DNA from: Octopus bimaculoides
Lineage: Eukaryota
Assembly: GCF_001194135.2 (NCBI RefSeq)
Contig: NC_068981.1
Location: 51,306,179-51,370,178, forward strand
DNA: 64,000 nt
Direction: 5' to 3'
Shown here: positions 52,190 through 64,000 of the stretch, piece after piece
Layout of the letters: every line of letters starts with the position of its first letter
How positions within the stretch are numbered: the stretch's first letter is position 1
The notes under the pieces: generated by a model
What the model saw: only the letters and a program-made list of their open reading frames with translations
The model's database searches: none
Told to the model about the DNA's origin: nothing
Position numbers and translations under genes: made by a program

Positions 52190-52241
<52 letters not shown>

Positions 52242-52242
52242 C

Positions 52243-52455
52243 ATTTCAAATTTTTGCCACAAGAACAGCATGTGGGAGCTGGTGGTGAGTCGATTACATC
52301 GATCCAAGTGTTCAACTGGTACTTATTTTATCGATATCGAATTGATGAAAGGCGAAGTCGACGTCCGCGTAATTTGAACTCAGAACGTAACGACGGGCGA
52401 AATACTGCTATGCATTTCGTCCAGTGTTCTAACGATTTTACCAGATCACCACCTT
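52243..52455 (-). mobile_element. SINE family A, full length
   Basis: Reverse complement AAGGTGGTGATCTGGTAAAATCGTTAG...TTACGTTCTGAGTTCAAATTAC (A/B-box-like head) through GTGGCAAAAATTTGAAA; embedded between (TTA)n and (TAA)n tracts. Confidence 0.85.
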
Positions 52456-52456
52456 A

Positions 52457-52544
<88 letters not shown>
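52456..52544. repeat. (TAA)n microsatellite
   Basis: Direct reading. Confidence 0.95.
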
Positions 52545-52545
<1 letters not shown>

Positions 52546-52678
52546 CCTTTCCAATATAGTCACATGGCCTAAAATTTGGAGGGAGGTGAGTACTGGTGTG
52601 GCTTTCATCGACACCAGTACTCACCTGGTACTTATTTTATCTACCCCGAAATGATGAAAGGCAAAGTCGACTACGGAA
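52545..52678 (-). mobile_element. SINE family A, 3' two-thirds
   Basis: CTGGTACTTATTTTATCTACCCCGAAATGATGAAAGGCAAAGTCGAC core shared with the other copies. Confidence 0.8.
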
Positions 52679-55600
52679 AAGCATCTCAAATCGCAACAAA
52701 AACAACAACAACAACAATTAGCGGAACCCATGGAAATTCAATGGAGTCAGTATATTTCAAATATTATGTTAGTACAGGAAACAAGCAAGGAATTTCAAAA
52801 ACTTTCTGTTGAAATCCTGCCACTTTTCTATAGTCTGAAATAGAATTGAGATGACGTCAGAAGGTATGGTTTATTTTACCTTCTTTTAATATGACAGATA
52901 TGATGTGCTTTAGAGTTTAAGAGTATAAAATAGGAATCAAAAGATATATCATTTTCACACACACAACACATATATATATACATATANNNNNNNNNNNNNN
53001 NNNNNNNNNNNNNNNNNNNNNNNNNNNNNNNNNNNNNNNNNNNNNNNNNNNNNNNNNNNNNNNNNNNNNNNNNNNNNNNNNNNNNNNNNNNNNNNNNNNN
53101 NNNNNNNNNNNNNNNNNNNNNNNNNNNNNNNNNNNNNNNNNNNNNNNNNNNNNNNNNNNNNNNNNNNNNNNNNNNNNNNNNNNNNNNNNNNNNNNNATAT
53201 AGAATATGGAATATATAATATATAATATAAAAAAAGATGGATGGTACAATGAAATGAAGTATTGAATGTCTTATTGAATATATGGAATATGTCTTATTGA
53301 ATATATGAAATATTGAGTGTTCAATATAAAGGATTAAATATATAAATATATAAAGGTGAATATGTATTTTCTAAACCTTGTACTATTTCATCATGGCCGG
53401 TATGACAGACTGTATGGCAGTCTGTTACAGTCTGTGTTTGCGAAAATTTACTTCTCATGAAAAATGAACAGACTGACAGCTTGAACAACCCGCGGGAATT
53501 TTCTGAGGTTTCTATTTACCCCGCTAGCATTAATGATAATATAAGAAATACATATATATACTGAGATCGATTAAATCGACTGGAAAAAACTGACCATGAT
53601 ACAAACAAGAAATAATGACCATGATACAAACTAACAGGAACGATTGCGAAAGGGTTAGTTTCTTGTGATAAGTCGTCACTATATCTCAATTTCAGTTCTT
53701 AGACAATCTAAGTTGCTCTAATAATGCAACTAAATCTGAGAGGGGGGAAATCATAAATTAAAGCCGTCGTTTAATATTTGCCCTCCAATAGAAATATACA
53801 GCATTTTGTTTTTTCAATCGAGACAATAACAATATCACTTAAAGTCATGCTAGAATAACATGACCAGCAAATGTGTCTGAGGTGCGGAAACATTTTTTTG
53901 TTTGTGTTTTTATAAATATTTAATCTTTTATTTAATCGAAACAGTTGAACGGTTGCTCTTTGCCAAAATTATTGCTATTGTTTGTGGGTGTTTTAATATT
54001 ATAGCAAAAATCTATTAACTATTAAAACAAATTCTGAAATGCATTAATGCGCTAAAATAACCAAGGTAACTAGATGGCAGAGAAAAGATAAATGAACGGA
54101 TTTATTATGGTTATGCTCTTTTTACATTCCGATTTCAACTGCAGTCGACATTAACGAATTGTTGTTATTGCTAAAACTATAATCAGCAGACATATTACGG
54201 AATGTGTTCCGACTAACGACGTCCTCTTGCTTTTATCAGAAGAGTATCTAGTCTACATTATCTGGCTGGAGAAGAAGTTCGTTTCACAATCCAAAATCGC
54301 AGAATCGAGTACAGTGTGTGTTATCTAATGAACAAATTAATTCGTATACCGCGGTATTTCCTCGGGCTGATCAAGCCTTATAAATGTACGTCGTTTCACA
54401 GAACAGGTGTTAAAGGACATCGGCTAGACTTCACCAGTAATTCAAAGTGCAATCTACTCACACATATTGCGTTACAATGATTCTGTCTAATAGTTACTTT
54501 CATTGAACACATGTCAGTGGAATATTCAATCACTTACACTTTAAATGAATAATAAAGTAATTCGGTGCATCAAGGAAATTAGTTTTTGGAAGTATATTGT
54601 TTTTAAACAAAGCACGTACATAAGAAATATTATCTCCGGATGAATACTGCAGTAAATTCCCTTTTTCGCGATGTAATCACAAAGCGCTCCCACCAAGCAA
54701 CTGCAAAATGATAGATCATGAGTTACAATGTTCCTCCATGACAAAATTATTAAATGTCAGTTTCCTTTATTGGAGACAATTTAGAGCCTAACAAAGACTA
54801 CTCACGGTCTTATATGAAGTAAGAGAAAATCTCAGAATCATTCTAAAAACAGGTAAGTGGTTTGTAAAATTGCGTTTTCTTGGACACTGAAAATGGGTAT
54901 TGAAAAGTGTTTCCATTGCATAAACTTGCAATTGAAAAACAGTATTTTCCAAATTTTAACTATGTATTTTCTGTTTTTCGGTTGCAAACAACATTCAACG
55001 TTAGAGTTATCTGCTAAATCGCCTAAAACAGACACCAATTAGCCATAACGAATGACATAAAGTAGACTTAAGCCTAACAACAGGTGTTTACGAACCAATG
55101 GAACTCAGGAAACTGCAACGTTTAGATTCAGCATCTTACTTCCGATTATTCATGCTCCTAATTCCTAAGCGCGTATCTTACCTTTAACTCCGCGTAGCAA
55201 GTGAATTATTAATGATCTACGAATAAATATAATCTGTGTCACATACCGAGAACTGATTTTTAGTGTTCGCAAATGTAAGAGTAATTAAGATACGTCCGCC
55301 CGTGCGTGTACATATGTGTGTGAGTGCGCGCATGTGTGTGTGTGTGTGTGTGTGTTTGTATGTATGCAAGAGTTTTTGTCTTTGTACAAATACGCAAAAG
55401 GGTCAAGGTAACACGTCATTATCTATCATGAAATAATCCGGTTGACCAACGAACGATTACATAGGCACATATTAACACACACACACACACACACACGCGC
55501 AGAACTACACACACCACACTAACACACTCGTGCGTGCAAACGTGTGCCGTGTAGATAATACAGGGGACAACTGATAAAGGGAATGTTCTTTATGCTGCAT

Positions 55601-55799
55601 GTCTCGTTTCTCTGTTTGTTTCTTTCGTTGTTCGAAAAAAAGTTCGTTTTCTATGTTTTTGTTTTTTATGTCCTCGTTTCTCATTCTATCCACGTTTTTT
55701 TATGTCCTATACCCATATATACATGTATATATACATATATATGCACATAGTTATGTGCATATATGCATGTATATATGCACATATTTGTATATTGTTTTA

Positions 55800-55853
<54 letters not shown>

Positions 55854-56408
55854 NNNNNNNNNNNNNNNNNNNNNNNNNNNNNNNNNNNNNNNNNNNNNNN
55901 NNNNNNNNNNNNNNNNNNNNNNNNNNNNNNNNNNNNNNNNNNNNNNNNNNNNNNNNNNNNNNNNNNNNNNNNNNNNNNNNNNNNNNNNNNNNNNNNNNNN
56001 NNNNNNNNNNNNNNNNNNNNNNNNNNNNNNNNNNNNNNNNNNNNNNNNNNNNNNNNNNNNNNNNNNNNNNNNNNNNNNNNNNNNNNNNNNNNNNNNNNNN
56101 NNNNNNNNNNNNNNNNNNNNNNNNNNNNNNNNNNNNNNNNNNNNNNNNNNNNNNNNNNNNNNNNNNNNNNNNNNNNNNNNNNNNNNNNNNNNNNNNNNNN
56201 NNNNNNNNNNNNNNNNNNNNNNNNNNNNNNNNNNNNNNNNNNNNNNNNNNNNNNNNNNNNNNNNNNNNNNNNNNNNNNNNNNNNNNNNNNNNNNNNNNNN
56301 NNNNNNNNNNNNNNNNNNNNNNNNNNNNNNNNNNNNNNNNNNNNNNNNNNNNNNNNNNNNNNNNNNNNNNNNNNNNNNNNNNNNNNNNNNNNNNNNNNNN
56401 NNNNNNNN

Positions 56409-56455
<47 letters not shown>

Positions 56456-59400
56456 ACAGCAATGAAAGTAATTTTAGCAAAATGCTTACACACATTTCCT
56501 TTTATTTCTTATCATTAAGTGTAAAATATGATCGCTCCATTTCGTTCAACAGGAATCTTCCCTATTTCCTTGCTTGTACAGTTCTATCAACACAACGCAG
56601 AACTGCGACAATATTTTCAACTAATTCATAGTTAACTATAATTTAGAAGGATAAAAGCGCACATAAATCGCATGCATACTTAAACGTATAAGACTCCTCG
56701 GTGCTGTAATTTTCTCAGAGTCAGTAGACAGTCTCAAGTTATTTGCAAGAATGTACAGCTGCTTGTTAAATCTGCATGCTTGCGTGCGCAGGTGTGAGTG
56801 TCGGTGTATGTTTGTGTTTGTGTGCGTTTGTGTATGTGTGTCTATCTTTTGATGATGCATATGGGCTAAGAATACAGATATTGCTGGGAAAACAAAATAC
56901 TACTGAACATGGTATGAAGTCCATTCAGGTATATTTCAGAATACAGACACTCGTTTGTCATTTACTCTTCTTTTATAACTGAAGCGAAACTATAATGGAA
57001 CTGTTGGGAAAGTGGTAACGACGGTATTGTATCATAATTGCGGTAGATCTAATAAGGTAAATATATATATTTATATATTCGGTGGCGTAAATCAAGACAG
57101 CTCCGGAGTGCAGAGACTATGACGCAGTCATACGAAATTACACCGCTAATATGATTGCAGGCAATATTCTTTCAAAAATTATTTCACAACCTATGAGTCT
57201 AATCAAAACCTAACGATTCAGTGACTACAGTATTAGTTACAGATATCTGATTTGTATAAGAATATTAATGTTGCAAGCCATCTTATTGTATAAAACGAGT
57301 AACATACCACGCTACCTTATAATAAATCATAAGTTTGATGGTGAAACTCTAGGTTAAATTCTTTAATATATTTACTGAATTATGGCTCAAATAATAGAGT
57401 AGAAGAAAACACGTGACCTATATGCTTTTGCTTTGTTTTTGTTTTTTTCTTTTTGTCTTTTGTTACTCATATGTAATATCAACATAAAATTTTAAAATTC
57501 TTGTTGGAAAGTAAAACCGACACACAGTCTAGTTTACTTATGGATATCCCAGCAGGTGATCTAAAGTTAGTGTATTCTATGAAAAGCAATATTCTTTATA
57601 AATTTCTAGTACACATTTTTTGGCTATCTATCTACTGTGCGAAGCAGTGGTACTCTGAATTCAATTAGTTATAACCAAAACATGTTTATATTTTACCAGA
57701 AGCTCCTCCCTATATATATATATATACATACATACATACATACATACACACACACACGCATATATATATATGCATTATGCATCTCACTTCTTCATATGAC
57801 AAATAAGATTACCTTTTCTCTACGAACATCTGTCCCTGAACATCAGAATTTTCCAACAATATGTGTGCATAGTCAAAACTTTACACGATTAATCTATAGT
57901 AGTCATATTACGAAAACGGTTTTCAGTAGAAAATACTTGTCCTCCCAAGAAGCTGGAACTGTGCCATTTACATTGCTACTTTATTTCAGCCAATTCTGCG
58001 CGTAAATATGAATGCAGATTAAAAAAAGAGAAAATTCATATATTGGGCAGTTATTTTAATTATTTTTTTACGCACCTCAGTTTGAAAAACTTAAACGATG
58101 TATTTCAGCTTTAGCGTATCAGACCTCTGTATAGAATCTTAATATATCATTCCGTACATAGAGCGTATTTAGTGACTAATCTATTCGGAAAGGATTGGTA
58201 GTCACTCGAAACTCTGAAGCCTTTCTATTATTATTGTTTTACGTATCTTTATTAAATATATAACCAATGCAACTTTTTAGTATCTAATTTCATATATATA
58301 TTGACTAAAATATTCAAATGCTTCATTCCTTTCTTTCTTTATTTATTTTTGTCCCCCCCCCTCTCTCTCTCTCTTCTTTTATGTTTCTTCCCGAATGAAA
58401 TTGTCTAGGTTTTGACAGTCTCATTTAATATAGCTTTCTGTTTTTTCCCAATTTCTCTTGGTGCTACTTTCTGTAAGTGACTCACGGTTCTACTTTGTCT
58501 TTTATGTCTTTCTGTTACATTCCCTACATTATTAAATCTTTTTGTCTCTGTCCTTGTCATTAATTGTTGTTGTTTGTGCTGACGCCGTTATTTTCTTACC
58601 TTCAAAAAAAAATGCAACCATTCAACTAGTAACACCGTCATCATCATCGAATACTTCCAATCTAATAGTTTCGTGCTTAAATATTTATTTTCTAAACCAG
58701 CCTCCCAGGCAGAAGCAGCATTTGTGCTTACAATTATATCTTCATTTTCATCAGTGACTTTCTTTACTTTGTTTCTTTTCTTTTCGTCTTGCTATATTTT
58801 ATTTAATTTAATTTTATTGTATTTGATATTTTTGCTTTGTACATTTTTCACTTTCTCACCAGATAATCAAAGTTTTTTTTTTCTCTCCCTCGGATGTCTC
58901 ATCAAATTCTCAAGAGATAAAGTTAAACAATTTTCTTCGATACATCTTCCTAATTTGAAAATATCGCATTCATAGTGTGATTTTCATAACCATACACACA
59001 TACACAGGCCCACATTCACACAGCTATACATATTCCTATATACATAGGTATATGTATATAAATATGTATATATGAAAAAATACACACATATATCTATATC
59101 TCCATATACACATACATATATGCATACACACACATACATATATACACACATATACATATGCACGTATGTATGTGTGTATGTATGTACTGAAGAAGATACA
59201 TTCACTACCACATGTAGGGAAGTCACATTATTTTTTCTGCAGCCATCAGTTCGTTAGTAACACTTCAAATGATACGTTTGTATTTATCTTTCTCTGTTAA
59301 AATAACTAACGTTAGTCATTTTTGTTAGTTGCTGCCTGATAAATATAACTGTTCGCTTACACACTCCTCGAATGGAAGAAAATCAAATAATTTGAAGCTG

Positions 59401-60473
59401 ATAGAAGGAAACCTTAAATTCTTCAGTAATATATTGGTTCTCACTTTTAAGTAGAACGCTTTCTTGTATAGGAGGATGGTAGAGAAAATATTTTCGCATT
59501 GTGTTGTATGCATTGATAACATACATTGAAATGCATCTGAGTATAGAAACTGAATGCTGAATTCCATTTATCAGTTTCACTGTACTCACATACACACACA
59601 CACACATACACTCGCACCCACACATGTCTATATAAATATATGTGTGTGTGCGCGCGCGTGTATTCGTGCATGCATATATATGTATGTATATATGTGTGTG
59701 TATGTGTGTGTCTAGGTACGTAAGTATGTATATCAGGTCAGACAGAGAACTTGTAAGCCGGTGCATTACCAGCTACAAATAACAGGTAAATGTCCCAAAA
59801 ATCGCGCATAAAAATATGAAATAATAACGATGCTTTAGACAATATATTCCCAAACATACTGAAAGCAGATAGGATGGTGTTGGTAGGAAGAACTATTTTC
59901 ATACATTTACTTGATCTAACGAAAAAGTTAAGGGGGAAAACATAATATTCATACCTTGCCTTAAGACTTGAAAGATATATGAATGCGTCTTTAGGATGTC
60001 ATTTTTAGATGACATCCTAAAGATGTTTAGATAACAAACAAATCTGAGAGAGGAGAGAAAGAAAACAAAATTATGGAAGAGACACAAACACTTCCACTGC
60101 TGTGTATTAGGACTGAAATGAATATGTTAATTGCAGCAGTGTGTAGTTATTCTCACGAATCAGCTTTGGTTGAGTTCTATTTCCTAGAGTACAACACTGA
60201 AATAAGGAATCATAAATGAAGTTACCACACAATATTTTTAGAATTCACGAAAATAACCCAGAATGTTTATTCTCGAATTTTCTTCTACATAGACTCAAGA
60301 AGTAGTTAGTAGCTAAATCCTTCAAAAATACACATATATAAACATTAAATAGTAGCTGAATTTCATCCACCAACATTTATGATGAAAATTAATAAGATGC
60401 GGTTTTCAAGTATTATATCAACGGAGTTGAAAGAACAGCACGCGTTATTGAATACACAGACATACATAACATA

Positions 60474-60528
<55 letters not shown>

Positions 60529-60721
60529 TGGAATCCATAACTGAGCGGTTATAATTTAAATTGCTTTGTTATTTTGTTCAGTAAAATTGCAACCTCAGAT
60601 ACTTCCTACCAAAAAATACAGTGAAACAGAGATGGAAGACGGACACAGAGGAAATTGTTTAATGGGATACAACTGCCAAGTACTGTCTACAGGGACTGAC
60701 AGGAATATTCAAATACTGTAT

Positions 60722-60940
60722 AATGGTTTCAAATATTAGCACAAGGCCAGAAATTTTAGGGAAGGGGAAACTAGTTGATTACATCGATCTCAATGCTGAA
60801 CTGGTACTTATTTTATGAACCCCGAATGGATGAAAGGCAAAGTTGACTTTGGCGGAATTTGAACGCAGAATTTAAAGACGAACGAAATGCCGTACTGCAT
60901 TTTTTCCGGAGTGCTAAAAATTCTGCCAGTTCGCTGCCCT
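60722..60940 (-). mobile_element. SINE family A, full length
   Basis: Reverse complement AGGGCAGCGAACTGGCAGAAT (A-box-like)...GCGTTCAAATTCCGCC (B box GTTCAAATTCC)...GTCAACTTTGCCTTTCATCC...GGCCTTGTGCTAATATTTGAAACCATTA. Confidence 0.85.
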
Positions 60941-61212
60941 GAATACTGTACAAATATTTCTCCGAATCAGCTGCTGATGTTTTCTAATATCTACATTCCA
61001 TGGAAGGATCTGTGAATAAGAAAAGAAACTACCGACAGTTTTTCCTAGTTCTGCACACAAATAGTCAGTTAAAATTTACTTTGAATAATAAACTTGAATA
61101 ATAAACTTTAGATAATATTGTAAGTTCATTCTATTAGATATAAATAGTATTAATGAAAGCTATGAAGTTATAGTTAGATATTTTTTTCAAGATCGAAAAT
61201 GAGGGGGATAGT

Positions 61213-61252
61213 TTAATTTGGAAATTAATTTGGAAATTAATTTGGAAATTAA
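61213..61252. repeat. 12-bp tandem repeat, ~3 copies (TAATTTGGAAAT)
   Basis: Direct reading. Confidence 0.85.
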
Positions 61253-63289
61253 CAGGGACATAAGACTGATCTTTGGAACTATTAATCCAAGAAAATTTTC
61301 AAAAACTGAACGACCACATCTACGAAATTTAGAGCCAACGATTAGATTAATTCATTCCTCGTAAATGCCTACACCAAAAGGAATTGAAGGCATTCAATTT
61401 GACACCACCATTATTGCCATTTTAAAAATTGCATCCAATTGATGGGCTGGGCTCCATATACATAGGGTAGATTTTCTCACTCTCAACAATATTTAAGAAC
61501 TTTATCTTTTCTACAATCCTAAACTCCACACAATTCTTAACCTACATGAGATAACGATATAAGAAACAGTGAATGGACAAGACATTTATAGTGAATGCTT
61601 TTGAAAAGTAGATTGCTTAAAAGGACTGATATCGTAGGCAACATTCGCACGGAACAAATATGTTAATATTCACATACTTAACAAACCAAGATTTAAAAAA
61701 TCAGATTTGAAATAAATATGTAGTGTAAAGAAAGCAATAAGGATAACGATTATTATTCTATTCTCTCTGCAGCAAGGACCGCAGAATACACCGGAAATGT
61801 CCCAATCTTATCATCAGTGTGACATAGTGTTGACCAGATTGTCAAAATAATGACGAAAGTATAATTAAGTAGCTTGGCGTGGAGATATTTTAGAAAATCG
61901 ATAATGAACGGGTACGTAGTTGTCTCTCATCCTTTCTCACTATCACCACTACGAGCAACAAAGAAAATGATATCCCTCATAAAGTAATATTGATTTTCCT
62001 AAGCGTACAATAATTTCTAGATAGAGTTTTTCTTTATTCCTCCCCCACCGCGTTAAGTGAATTAAAACTATCCGTACTAAATGATGCACAGATTTAATTT
62101 ATTGCATTCATTGCAGCATCCCAAATTACGTCATCTACTCTACGTTTTATTCTATCTACGTCAATAACATCAGAACCAAATACACAAAAGAACTGATTAA
62201 AAAGACTATTCATTTTTGTAATATACAGATGGTCTTGTGTAATTGTAAGATATTATTTACCGCACTGAGCTCGTACACTGCCTATATCTCATAGAAAACT
62301 TCCGCTAGATTCAAAGAGGACGCAAATTACAAACTTCAACTATAGACAATGCTCATTATATATGAATGTCGTAAGATTTTATTTTCGTTCTCATTTTGAT
62401 ATAGGGGTTCATTGTGCGAGTTGAAAGAAAATCAGTATTTCTGTCATGAACATAGATTTGCTATTAAATAACAAAACTGTAGAAAGCATTGTGAGAAGAT
62501 CAATGGCTTTTGAAACACATAATACACAAATCCACACTCATCGACGCACATGCAGCACAAGAGCATATATATCGGGTGAACACACACCCATGCATATACA
62601 TAGATATGGCTATACATGTGCCTTTGTGATATATGTATGTATGTATTATATATATTATATTTTTATATATGCATGTATGTACGTATTATCATATATTATA
62701 TATGCACTTATACATAACAAGACTTTTCCAGCAAGACATTTCGCATTACTTATTTGAAACTAAAATCCATTGAATCTCTTCTAAAAACGATGACAAACAG
62801 TCAAAAATTTCTTGAAAATGGAAAGAAGAAAACTATGTGGTACGAAATGATTATTGTGTACATCAATTTCAAAATGTACAATCTTTCATTGTTGTTCTCT
62901 TAAAGCTTTGATATTAAACTAATAAAACATTAGATTTATAAAGCAAAGTTTTCAAGTGGAGTCTTCAACGTATTGAAAAAGGGTGAGACTAGCAACAATC
63001 AAGTACAACGCTTGTTTCGCTAATTGCCAGCAAATGCAAACGCATATGTAGAAGAAAAATATTGAAATATGGATGTACAATTATATGCACATGCGCATAT
63101 ATATATATGTATGTATATGTATATATATATNNNNNNNNNNNNNNNNNNNNNNNNNNNNNNNNNNNNNNNNNNNNNNNNNNNNNNNNNNNNNNNNNNNNNN
63201 NNNNNNNNNNNNNNNNNNNNNNNNNNNNNNNNNNNNNNNNNNNNNNNNNNNNNNNNNNNNNNNNNNNNNNNNNNNNNNNNNNNNNNNNN

Positions 63290-63322
<33 letters not shown>

Positions 63323-64000
63323 TATATAAGTTTATGTATATATTAATATTATCTCAGTTATTAAAACTTTCTATAATTTGAATACGTTAATAGTTACCAG
63401 AGGTAGCAAGATTACACTAAAAAACAAGATATCACAGCCGTTTTACAGGTAGATATACCAAGTTAAAGTGATACATTTTGAGAAGATATAGATAATAATA
63501 AATGGCGCAAAACGCATGTCAATAAAAGTTCCTTTAATTCCTACACATGTTACGGAATAAATGATAGTCCTTTCACAAAGAAGAAAGAGCTGTTGGTGTT
63601 CCTCATTTATTTCTCTTCAGGAAGTTCATAATAAAACATGTAATAGCAAGACAAAAACGAAATGATGGGGTAACTTACGAGCAGAGATGTTACATGGTCA
63701 GTGACCGTTAGAAGGTTTGTTTACATAGAGATCTAAAGGGGTCAACGATATTATTCCATGGGCTTTAGGAATAAGAACGCTAGTTTACATAGAGATATAA
63801 AGGGAGGGTGTTTTTGACGTGATGCTAAAGGTTAAAACCAAAGAGTTATTTGAATATGGGGAGATAAGTATATTGTGGTTCTGTTAAATTAGAGAGAGCT
63901 AATAGTTGAGTCAAAAAAGGGGGAGGAAGGGAGGGAACTAAGGTAGTACATCATATGAGGCAACCCAATGACATATTAATATGTAGCGAAAAAGTAAATA

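Noticed and set aside
54770-54860. Consensus-like donor CAG|GTAAGT at 54852/54853
   Set aside because: All three frames from the nearest plausible acceptors contain stops; no coding exon can be supported.
55599-56631. Longest ORFs in the track (250-309 aa), and similar ones at 5097-5753, 32189-32796 and 2059-2553
   Set aside because: Length comes from read-through of N gaps (X residues) and flanking microsatellites.
60850-60940. tRNA-like A/B boxes as true tRNA genes (also in the other SINE heads)
   Set aside because: They are the heads of dispersed SINE copies with shared non-tRNA bodies; no cloverleaf is evident.

Overview
AT-rich, microsatellite-dense eukaryotic DNA with nine N-gaps (about 2239-2420, 5150-5715, 27332-27389, 32521-32749, 46843-46960, 51505-51867, 52987-53196, 55854-56408, 63131-63289). 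No host protein-coding exon, rRNA, tRNA or CRISPR array could be supported; the window looks intergenic or deep intronic. Almost everything recognisable is transposon-derived: about 11 copies of two tRNA-derived SINE families that I recognise from memory as octopus types (so the source is probably Octopus, by inference), two divergent Tc1 elements, four R4/Dong-clade (restriction-like endonuclease) LINE pieces, three Penelope-like remnants, CR1/L2- and RTE-type LINE fragments, an internally deleted Helitron with both termini, and a Helentron/HINE-like non-autonomous element. Structures not explained by those calls are two long foldback palindromes (about 900 bp at 24962-25869 and about 690 bp at 47333-48023), a 101-bp hairpin, a duplicated 90-bp microsatellite-associated motif, and degenerate hammerhead-ribozyme-like cores. 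A tail-to-tail R4/Dong pair sits inside a (TAA)n tract. I found no convincing wholly new gene system. All calls come from reading and translating by eye, with no database searches.
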